From: a virus
Virus record (IMG/VR): IMGVR_UViG_3300045988_027757
Length of the DNA stretch: 13,031 nucleotides
Reading direction: 5' to 3' (one strand)
Shown: piece by piece, positions 1 to 7,265 of the stretch
Numbering within the stretch: position 1 is the first letter of the stretch
Layout of the letters: the number at the start of each line of letters is the position of its first letter
The notes under the pieces: generated by a model
What the model saw: only the letters and a program-made list of their open reading frames with translations
Told to the model about the DNA's origin: nothing
The model's database searches: none
Made by a program: the position numbers and the translations under genes

Positions 1-99
1 GTCATTGCTAACATACCTATAAGAAAAATCCCTCCCTCTGCACTCGGTAGGGTAGGGGAGTACAGCAATTTTTACAATGTAAATAGCAACATATACAAT
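1..99. repeat. Left inverted terminal repeat (99 bp)
   Basis: Bases 1-99 (gtcattgctaacatacc...aacatatacaat) are the exact reverse complement of 12933-13031. Identity stops at base 100. Read directly from the sequence. Confidence 0.95.
71..99 (+). promoter_or_regulatory. ITR-embedded promoter-like element, left copy, pointing inward on the + strand
   Basis: TTTACA (71-76), a 17-nt spacer, then TACAAT (94-99). This is the mirror copy of 12933-12961. No plus-strand gene follows it; only the hairpin at 103-124 does. Confidence 0.3.
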
Positions 100-124
100 A
101 AGCAACCCCTCAATAGAGGGGTTG
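95..124 (-). terminator. Hairpin terminator after the tailspike gene (possibly bidirectional)
   Basis: In minus sense: CAACCCCTC-TATT-GAGGGGTTG (9-bp stem, 103-111 pairing with 116-124), followed by CTTATTGTATAT. It lies 6 nt after the TAA stop at 131-133. On the plus strand the same stem is followed by TTGTTGTGGTT. Confidence 0.6.
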
Positions 125-130
125 TTGTGG

Positions 131-2371
131 TTAAATAGCTGTAGTGGAAATTTGCTGAATGTTTGTAGGGGCACCCAGTTTTGAGTACTTTGTAGGGTCA
201 AACCCGTTGATGAATCCAAACGTACAGTTGCCCGCACCAAACTGAACACCTGCTGTGTAGGCGGGCGATATATCCCATCCAGAAAGTCGGGTAATAAAGC
301 ACCACTCCGAACCGACAAATACAGCTGGTGCGTTTTCTCCATGTAGGGTATTGCGCACTACCGTAATATCGTCCACGAGGGTTCCAATGCCGTCTGAGAT
401 TTGAATCGGACGCGATACATCAATAAAAGTACAATGACTGATAGATACTGCCTTACACCCCCCTTCGATGTAAATACCATTCATGGGAGCCGTCGCGAGG
501 AACTGGCATGTATTGATAACAGCAGTTGATTTTACCAGTCGTATGCCGTATGCCGTGGCGTTACTATAGCTGTTTATAATATGTACTGCACCCTGAAGAC
601 AATTTGTTAAGTAAATACCAGTATTCGGGCACTGGTCTGCAATGAAACCATCAATCAGAATGTCCCAAACCGTTGAGGGGGTCGAGGTTGCGTTAATCCA
701 TATGCCATTGGAGTTGCTACATTCACAGTTGCTGATATAAATATCTCGAATGTCGTTAGAAGAATCAGCAAGGAACATCCACCTATCCCCTGTAGCACTG
801 CCGAGGCTGGAAATGCAGTTTTCTGCGCGGAAAGAGGCGTTGCCGGAGATACCAGTTGCACCCGTGGAATTCTCTACTAAATGATAACTTGTAATAGGCT
901 TAGAGGTTTCAAGTGCAATATCATGTATAATATTGCGCACCTGCATATTGACAGTATGCGCACATTCTAACACTTTACGGCAACCGATTATAAACATATC
1001 CTCAATGAAGAATCGCTCAGAATACTCCGAAGTAAAAGCCGCGTCTACCGCATCTGTTGTACCGATAATAACGCCATTGCGAAAAATAGTGCGCTCCACA
1101 TGGGCTGTATTACTGCCGTTAAAAATGAATTTGCTGTTGGCAGTAGTGAGCTTAATAACACACCCCTGCAAATCGTATGTTGTGTGCGGTTGAAGATAAA
1201 TATTATTACTCACAATGTATGTAGTATCAGTGCCCAGTCCCTCATATGTAGCAGGACGACCAAACTTCACTGTACCCTCATAATCGGAGAGATAATTGCT
1301 GATAGCAGACCCTAAATCACCTTCATAATTAAACCAGTCAACCAGTACAACGCTATCGGTCATCTTGATCGTGCCGTTGTTTGCTTTACGGAAATGACAG
1401 TTAGCACCGGCAATCGGTGCGGTGATGGTTACTGTGCATGTGGTCGCAATCAACATTGCGTTGTACGCAAAATAGGAGCCGGTCAGTGTGACGTCCTGTG
1501 TAATATTGTATGTACCATCCGGGAACAGCAGTGGAAGACCAGATGCCATAGCACGCTTAATTGCCTCCGTATCATCCGCTAAGCCGTTGCCTAATGCACC
1601 GTAGTCCTTAACGTTAGCAAATGCACCAGAGGATTTGTCCTCAATCTGTTTTTGTAATTTCTTATCTGCCTCAATACGGGCCTGTGTCTCATTGCCAATA
1701 GCCGTCTGAAGCTGGGTGTCGGCGTCCTTCCGGGCCTGTGTCTCATTGTCAATATCCGTCTGAAGCTGGGTGTCGGCGTCCTTCCGGGCCTGTGTCTCAT
1801 TGTCAATATCCGTCTGAAGCTGGGTGTCGGCGTCCTCCCGAGCCGCTTTCTCTGCGCTCAAGCCCTCATTAAATGCGGTGATAAGGTAGTTCAGAACTTC
1901 ATTTGTGGAGCTGCTGACGCAGTTGGAGCCGGGCACGTAAGCATCACCGGCGGACATTGTTTTTGTGACACGTACCAGCGCCCCGTTTACCCAGACAAGA
2001 TCGTTGACCGCTCTATCCGCTGTCGCGGTGGGGCTATGCCCCTCATCGTTGGGAGTAATGGCTTTTTTGACATCGGCCCAAAGTTCATCGAAATTGCCAA
2101 TTTTGGTCCAGAACTCGGTACGATCCAGAGACACACCGGACGGCACCGGCTGTACGGAAAGATAGGCGTTGCCGTTGCTGTCCACAACAACGGTGTTTGC
2201 CTCATACTGGCTTGTGATGTCCCACTGAATCGGGTTTGCGTACTTGATCGTGGCCAAACTGACAAAATTTGTCAGTTTGGTATTAAACTCGTTTAGTACC
2301 TCCATAATCCAATCAAGATTGAGATCATGGAAATTGGTGTAGGGCGCTTTGTGAATAGGATCAATATTCAT
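131..2371 (-). CDS. Tailspike / pre-neck-appendage-like receptor-binding protein with a right-handed beta-helix (pectate-lyase-like) domain
   Basis: 746-aa ORF, the last gene of the late block. ATG at 2371 is preceded by AAGGAG. After the N-terminal region comes a triple 18-aa coiled-coil repeat, then the motif AFANVKDYGALGNGLADDTEAIKRAM. That motif is typical of pectate-lyase-3 / tailspike beta-helix N-caps. It is followed by a long repetitive N/G/S/T/I-rich region consistent with beta-helix rungs. Confidence 0.85.
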   Translation of the reverse strand: MNIDPIHKAPYTNFHDLNLDWIMEVLNEFNTKLTNFVSLATIKYANPIQWDITSQYEANTVVVDSNGNAYLSVQPVPSGVSLDRTEFWTKIGNFDELWADVKKAITPNDEGHSPTATADRAVNDLVWVNGALVRVTKTMSAGDAYVPGSNCVSSSTNEVLNYLITAFNEGLSAEKAAREDADTQLQTDIDNETQARKDADTQLQTDIDNETQARKDADTQLQTAIGNETQARIEADKKLQKQIEDKSSGAFANVKDYGALGNGLADDTEAIKRAMASGLPLLFPDGTYNITQDVTLTGSYFAYNAMLIATTCTVTITAPIAGANCHFRKANNGTIKMTDSVVLVDWFNYEGDLGSAISNYLSDYEGTVKFGRPATYEGLGTDTTYIVSNNIYLQPHTTYDLQGCVIKLTTANSKFIFNGSNTAHVERTIFRNGVIIGTTDAVDAAFTSEYSERFFIEDMFIIGCRKVLECAHTVNMQVRNIIHDIALETSKPITSYHLVENSTGATGISGNASFRAENCISSLGSATGDRWMFLADSSNDIRDIYISNCECSNSNGIWINATSTPSTVWDILIDGFIADQCPNTGIYLTNCLQGAVHIINSYSNATAYGIRLVKSTAVINTCQFLATAPMNGIYIEGGCKAVSISHCTFIDVSRPIQISDGIGTLVDDITVVRNTLHGENAPAVFVGSEWCFITRLSGWDISPAYTAGVQFGAGNCTFGFINGFDPTKYSKLGAPTNIQQISTTAI
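1678..1839. repeat. Tandem direct repeat, 3 x 54 nt, inside the tailspike gene
   Basis: Units begin at 1678, 1732 and 1786 (gggcctgtgtctcattg[c/t]caata[g/t]ccgtctgaagctgggtgtcggcgtcct[t/c]cc). They encode DADTQLQT(D/A)I(D/G)NETQAR(K/I) three times. Confidence 0.95.
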
Positions 2372-2384
2372 AAATCACATCTCC

Positions 2385-3074
2385 TTAATATACCAGCAAA
2401 CAAAAGTTTGCCCGGATGTCCGTAACGATTTTATGAACGGCGTTCTCCATTGCAAGGGTCAACTCTTTGGCAATAAGGTCTTGCGGGTCCCGTCCTGCCC
2501 GGCCCTTCTCGGTCACGGTGTCATTGTAGCCGTCGTGTAACTCCGAGACATTGTCATCGGTTGTTGTCTGATCGGTGGTGGTCGTGTCCGTGCCGCTGCT
2601 GGTAATAGTGTTCCCAGTACCGAGGGCCGTTGTGCTCCTCTCCGCAGTTTGTAATGCCCCACTGTCGAACCCCGTGACGTCCCGGGTTGTGATGTCACTG
2701 CCGTTATTATGGCCGGTGGTAGTCAGGTTAGGCGCTCTTGTGGTAGTTCCCTTCACGCCGTTAGTGCGGTTAATTGTGCCGCCGCTGGTTCCTGCATGGT
2801 CGGTGGTTCTGGTTCGGTCATCGGACGCCAAAGCGTCGTATTTAAGGCCCAGGGCCTCAGCGTACCGGGTCCAGCTCGGGAGCATGGTTTCAGAATAGAC
2901 GCCCAGTGCCCTGCGCATCGTGGGGCCGTCCGCATACAATACCTCTAATTCCAGCGTATCAAACAGTAATTGATTGCAGACATTATCTTTAGATACACTG
3001 TCGGGAACTTTCAAGTCATCGAACAGCTCCGGGTATCCCGACAGCAACCCGTTAAAGCTCAACGTTGCGTGCAT
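2385..3074 (-). CDS. Lower collar / tail tube protein (phi29 gp11 position)
   Basis: 229-aa ORF. ATG at 3074 is preceded by AGGAGGTGA. It lies directly between the connector and tailspike genes, as gp11 does in phi29. It has a long T/G/S/D-rich central segment. The call rests mainly on synteny. Confidence 0.55.
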   Translation of the reverse strand: MHATLSFNGLLSGYPELFDDLKVPDSVSKDNVCNQLLFDTLELEVLYADGPTMRRALGVYSETMLPSWTRYAEALGLKYDALASDDRTRTTDHAGTSGGTINRTNGVKGTTTRAPNLTTTGHNNGSDITTRDVTGFDSGALQTAERSTTALGTGNTITSSGTDTTTTDQTTTDDNVSELHDGYNDTVTEKGRAGRDPQDLIAKELTLAMENAVHKIVTDIRANFCLLVY

Positions 3075-3993
3075 CGTTGTTCACCTCCTGCGCCCCAGTA
3101 TCGGGCGGAAAACGCCAATCGACCCATAAAGTAGATTTGTCAATTCCAAAGAGCTTGTGTACTCGCTCACACCCATGCTGCAAGCTGTCCAACCATAGCG
3201 ACGCTTTGGCGGCTGTCTCCACGTTGTTCGAATTGACTTCGTCGGTCAGCATCCGCTCTTTCTTGCTGGTGTTTGTGTTTGGGATGCCTACTTCTGTGTC
3301 AAACAACGCTTTAATGGTTTTAAGGGCTGTTAGCAGTTCGTTGGTGATGAAGTTTCCTTTGAGGTCGGTTGCAAAGTACATCCATGGTGCTTGACCAGAT
3401 GCCCCATTTTTAGGCGCTTTGAGCAAAGAGGCATCAACAAAAACTGCGGGGTCACCCTGCATAATCGCGTCAAACATCTTTTTGAAAGATTCCGCACCCG
3501 CTTTGTCGCCTGCCGCGAACACGTAGGCAAGGCGGCTATTGATTAAATTGCTCTGGATGGTCTGGGCGGTAAGGGCCATCATGTCCCCGTAATATGCCAC
3601 AATATCCACCATACCGCGGTAATCGGGCTGCAAATTGATGATCTCGCACTGCTTCCCGATTTGCAAATAGGGGGACCCTTTGATAAAAGGGTTTGCAATG
3701 ATGGAGTGTGTGGGATTATAGAAAATGTTGATGCCGGTCAATCCCATTCGGTCATATACGAGGCCGTAGCGGTCAGTATTGAACACCGTAACACCGCCGG
3801 ACCCGAAAACAAGATATTGCAAGCGGTTACTGGGCCATGTGTCGGGGAGCGTCCAGCGGACCATAGATACCGCTTCGAGAAAGAGGTACTTGCGGAAATA
3901 GTAGGATAAGCTGTTACCCTTGGTGTTCATCACGGAGGGAGTCACCGGCGACACATGAGCGTTAATCTGCTCATAGCTGTAGGGTGCACTCAT
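3052..3993 (-). CDS. Head-tail connector (portal, upper collar), phi29 gp10-like
   Basis: 313 aa (phi29 gp10 is about 309 aa). The segment GIPNTNTSKKERMLTDEVNSNNVE matches my recollection of gp10 [24 protein letters not shown]. The AAAGGAGG RBS and an ATGA overlap with the upstream gene support the start. Confidence 0.88.
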   Translation of the reverse strand: MSAPYSYEQINAHVSPVTPSVMNTKGNSLSYYFRKYLFLEAVSMVRWTLPDTWPSNRLQYLVFGSGGVTVFNTDRYGLVYDRMGLTGINIFYNPTHSIIANPFIKGSPYLQIGKQCEIINLQPDYRGMVDIVAYYGDMMALTAQTIQSNLINSRLAYVFAAGDKAGAESFKKMFDAIMQGDPAVFVDASLLKAPKNGASGQAPWMYFATDLKGNFITNELLTALKTIKALFDTEVGIPNTNTSKKERMLTDEVNSNNVETAAKASLWLDSLQHGCERVHKLFGIDKSTLWVDWRFPPDTGAQEVNNDARNVEL

Positions 3994-4526
3994 AACAGAC
4001 GGCCTCCTTTCGCCATTTTAAACAGTAACCACACCGGCAATTTACCAGTAGGCCACGGACCCGGCCCGGGGCCAGGTCCTCCGCCGGAATCCCATTCGAC
4101 GTCCCATGTGCCGACCTGATTTGGGATTCTGATAATGCCGGACGGGTCCCTCAAGTTTCCGGCGGCGTCGGCGTACTCCCAGTGCGTGTGAATGCCCGTT
4201 GCGTTGCCGGTTTTGCCCTGCGTGCCGATAAACTGACCCTTGGAAATGGTGTCACCAACGTTCCAAATCTGCGAGGCAAAGTGAGCGGCTCGCCAGGTGG
4301 TGCCGTCGGCCATCCGTACTTTAATCATGTTTCCCCACGACTGATCACCCGAGGTACTGCCATTCCAGTGCTGCGCCACGACCACAACGCCCGCTTCTGG
4401 CGCGTATGATTTATGGTTGCCGTGTACCGTATCAATGCCCCGATGGGGACTGCCATCCGAGTACGCGGGGTAGCCTGCGGTTACCCGGATGGGGGAAACA
4501 TCCGTAATGCACTGTTTATATGTCAA
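3990..4526 (-). CDS. M23 (LytM-type) zinc metallopeptidase; tail-associated peptidoglycan hydrolase and/or lysin
   Basis: 178 aa with the M23 signatures HRGID (HxxxD) and HTHWE (HxH). It has a TTG start at 4526, 8 nt after AGGAGG. The C-terminus carries a GGGPGPGPGP linker followed by a hydrophobic/basic tail. Confidence 0.85.
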   Translation of the reverse strand: MTYKQCITDVSPIRVTAGYPAYSDGSPHRGIDTVHGNHKSYAPEAGVVVVAQHWNGSTSGDQSWGNMIKVRMADGTTWRAAHFASQIWNVGDTISKGQFIGTQGKTGNATGIHTHWEYADAAGNLRDPSGIIRIPNQVGTWDVEWDSGGGPGPGPGPWPTGKLPVWLLFKMAKGGRLL

Positions 4527-4538
4527 GATTAACGCCTC

Positions 4539-5939
4539 CTACTCATAGAAAAAACCGTTTTTGAGATAGCTTTTAACACTGTCGATCTCTGCCGCTGTGG
4601 CATTGAGCGCGATGTCTGGATCATCTACCATAATGAACCCCGGAATTGTGGACAACTGTACCCGCTTGCACAAGGGCCGTCCGTGGTCCTCATTGTTGTC
4701 GTCCACAAGAATTTTAAAGCGAGCGACCATATACGGTACCGAATCAAAAGCTATTGTAGAACCAGTGGCACCCTTACTTGCAACATCAGCATTGGTTGCT
4801 TGTGCAGCATTTAGAATACCGTTTCCAACGTCTGAGAAAGATCCCCCGGTTAATGCTGCTTGGAGACCTCCGAACGCAGCAGCAATACCCGTTTGCAGCA
4901 GTCCTCCGCCCGATGGTACATCAAATGTAATATTTGAAAGTTGAATAGGTACCCCGAGTTTAGCGGTTGTCTCGTGTACTAGCTGATTTGTATCAGTAAA
5001 CACTCGCAAGATACTGTCGCCGGTGAAAAGATCCACCTTATACTGTATAGATAATGTTGCAGCGCCCCACAATTTAGAGGCACCAAGGGGAATTACTCCA
5101 AATGGCTGCAAGAAGATAGTGTAGTCCGTGTAGGGGGAGGCATTGCAATACCCTCCACGACTTGCCGCTTGTGGGTGCTTCGGAATAGCCACACTTACAG
5201 ATTGTGTTAAATTATTATTATCTTCTCCCAAAATCCAGCACGGAATGTCTACCGACCACCACCCAACATCTACACTAGAAACAAGCGGTAAATGTGCGGT
5301 GATTTTGGCAATACTGAATGGAAAGTAGTTACAACTTACGATATACTGATAGGGATTAAAAAGTATTTTTGTTAAACTGTCACTAATCTCCGCATTGTCT
5401 ATACTAAGGTACGACACATCGGTTAGTAATTTGGCGGAGAGTTTTTTAGCGTTTCCAGACGTCATTACTACATACGTCACCGCTCCAACCGAGTTCGCGT
5501 TTTTAGCTATGAAGCCGATAACAAAGAAGCCCCCGCTGATTGTTTCAGCGAACCCCCCTTGAAAAGCGGTTGTCACACTCTGCACTTTAGCCGTCGCCGG
5601 ATAAAGACCATCTGAAATTGTACCATCAAACCGAGCCGACGACCTCGCCACATACTCTGTAGAGTTTCCAATTTGTTCTCGATAACTCGCCAGCGTGTCA
5701 ACAGTCAGCGATGCAGTCCATAGGCCTTCAGAATACGTCCAGTTCTTAACCCAGTAGTAGCGGCTAAATGTAGGCAGATAGCAATAGTTATATCCCGTCG
5801 GGTCACTCTGTGAGGCAATCTTGATTTCGGGGTTGATAATGTTGCAGGGGGCTTTAAGGTCAATTCCAAACTCATGACCGCCGCTGGGCCGTTTTGTGCT
5901 GTTTGTGCGCTTTGCGAATTGATAAAATGTTGCTTGCAT
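4539..5939 (-). CDS. Tail knob protein, phi29 gp9-like
   Basis: 466 aa, immediately after the capsid gene as in phi29. It has a Gly/Ala-rich hydrophobic segment (GGGLLQTGIAAAFGGLQAALTGG...). The C-terminal part (GFIMVDDPDIALNATAAEIDSVKSYLKNGFF) parallels my recollection of the gp9 pore-forming loop and C-terminus ([27 protein letters not shown]). RBS is AGGAGG. Confidence 0.75.
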   Translation of the reverse strand: MQATFYQFAKRTNSTKRPSGGHEFGIDLKAPCNIINPEIKIASQSDPTGYNYCYLPTFSRYYWVKNWTYSEGLWTASLTVDTLASYREQIGNSTEYVARSSARFDGTISDGLYPATAKVQSVTTAFQGGFAETISGGFFVIGFIAKNANSVGAVTYVVMTSGNAKKLSAKLLTDVSYLSIDNAEISDSLTKILFNPYQYIVSCNYFPFSIAKITAHLPLVSSVDVGWWSVDIPCWILGEDNNNLTQSVSVAIPKHPQAASRGGYCNASPYTDYTIFLQPFGVIPLGASKLWGAATLSIQYKVDLFTGDSILRVFTDTNQLVHETTAKLGVPIQLSNITFDVPSGGGLLQTGIAAAFGGLQAALTGGSFSDVGNGILNAAQATNADVASKGATGSTIAFDSVPYMVARFKILVDDNNEDHGRPLCKRVQLSTIPGFIMVDDPDIALNATAAEIDSVKSYLKNGFFYE

Positions 5940-5950
5940 AAACGCCTCCT

Positions 5951-5984
5951 AAAAAAATAACCGGCGAGCGTACTGCCCGCCGGT
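5951..5984 (-). terminator. Rho-independent terminator after the major capsid gene
   Basis: In minus sense: ACCGGCGGGC-AGTAC-GCTCGCCGGT (10-bp stem including one G-U pair), followed by TATTTTTTT. It begins 5 nt after the TGA at 5990-5992. The RBS of the next gene follows immediately. Confidence 0.8.
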
Positions 5985-5989
5985 GCCGG

Positions 5990-7264
5990 TCAGGACTTAG
6001 AGGGGTCGGCGTCCTTGTACGTGGTGGTTTTCAGGGTGGAGGCTTTTGCCGCCTGGGTATCTTTCGGCGCAGTAACGTCTCCGGTGGTCATCAGGAAGAG
6101 CACGGCGTTCTCGGTGAAGTCATCGTACCACGTCCACCCGTAGTGATACCAGAAATTCGTATAAAGGCCACGGGCGTTCATGGGCGTAGGGACCACACGG
6201 GACAGCTTAGGATTATAGCCGATGGCATCCCAGTCCAGCAGGCACCCGAACACATTGGAGAGCTGCACTGCTGCATTCTTGGATGCCACACCGGCAGCAG
6301 TGGTCACAACAGGTGTCGCGGTAATGGTCTCGCGCTTGTCGATGTTCTGCCAGAACGTCACCTGCTCCGCGTCGCGGTATTTCAACATGTTATCGTGGAA
6401 CACCTCGGGAATCACGCGGGCGTCAATCTGGCTCTGCGTGCCACTGTACAGATAGAGGTGCTGGCGATCATACGGAGTGTGTCGCATGATGTTGTACGTC
6501 GTGCCGTCGATCGTCCAATTCTGGTGCCAATTGATGGAACGTTCCTTCATCAGGCGGGAAATATCGTTGATGCGGCCATAGGCGTATTTTGCAAAACCCG
6601 GGAAGTTCGCTTCTTTGTAGACGTCCTGCACCGTCAGTTCTGTGCCCTGCTGGGCGTTGTACTCATCAAGCAAATACACAACGCTGTGTGGGTTAGTCAC
6701 AGTCATGCCGGTCAGATGGTTGGCCATCAGGTTGTTGGCCAGGTTTCGCCGGTCTGCCTCGATCTGGTTCGACAGATGCAGCACGAACGAGGACCAGAAC
6801 TGCGCCAGTTCCTCGGGGCCTTTGAAGGCCGCTTCCATCTGGGTATCAGCCTGCGTGTACACGCGGCTGTAATTGGTCTGACCATAGTAGTTAGTTTGAA
6901 GGACTTTAGGCTTGTGGACTTCATACATATCCGCGCTTTGACCGTCCACCAGCGCCCACGCCTTGTCGGTGACGGGGTCAGTGTCGCAGAAATTGATCTT
7001 CCGCACATGGTTAGACCAGTCGTCACCCGTGACCTGCAAGCGCTTCAGGGGCGCGTCATAGGGACGGACGGCGAAAATGGTACGGCCCAGCACTTGGCTG
7101 ATCGCTTTAGTGTAGTTATCGGTGCCGGTCAGCAGAGTGGCCTGCGCCACCGAAACGAAGCTGGATGTGTCCACGATGGGCGACGTCGTTTTCTGGCCGG
7201 TTGCCATTTTGTTGATTTCGGTCAAAATTGCGGCAATATCCGCAAAATCCATGCCGAGGTGCAT
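5990..7264 (-). CDS. Major capsid protein, phi29 gp8-like (HK97 fold expected)
   Basis: 424 aa. MNARGLYTNFWYHYGWTWYDDFTENAVLFL matches my recollection of phi29 gp8 [30 protein letters not shown]. It follows the scaffold gene. RBS is AAAGGAAGTGA. Confidence 0.9.
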   Translation of the reverse strand: MHLGMDFADIAAILTEINKMATGQKTTSPIVDTSSFVSVAQATLLTGTDNYTKAISQVLGRTIFAVRPYDAPLKRLQVTGDDWSNHVRKINFCDTDPVTDKAWALVDGQSADMYEVHKPKVLQTNYYGQTNYSRVYTQADTQMEAAFKGPEELAQFWSSFVLHLSNQIEADRRNLANNLMANHLTGMTVTNPHSVVYLLDEYNAQQGTELTVQDVYKEANFPGFAKYAYGRINDISRLMKERSINWHQNWTIDGTTYNIMRHTPYDRQHLYLYSGTQSQIDARVIPEVFHDNMLKYRDAEQVTFWQNIDKRETITATPVVTTAAGVASKNAAVQLSNVFGCLLDWDAIGYNPKLSRVVPTPMNARGLYTNFWYHYGWTWYDDFTENAVLFLMTTGDVTAPKDTQAAKASTLKTTTYKDADPSKS

Positions 7265-7265
7265 A

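Noticed and set aside
31-58. C-run / G-run quasi-palindrome in the ITR (CCCTCCCT ... AGGGTAGGGG) considered as a G-quadruplex or cruciform
   Set aside because: Only three G-runs are present where a quadruplex needs four. The hairpin needs a bulge and an 11-nt loop. It may still be a protein-binding site at the origin, but the sequence alone gives no support.
1591-1806. 71-aa minus-strand ORF with its own internal repeat (MRHRPGRTPTPSFRR)
   Set aside because: It is an alternative frame of the 54-nt tandem repeat inside the tailspike gene. The repeat makes any frame look periodic.
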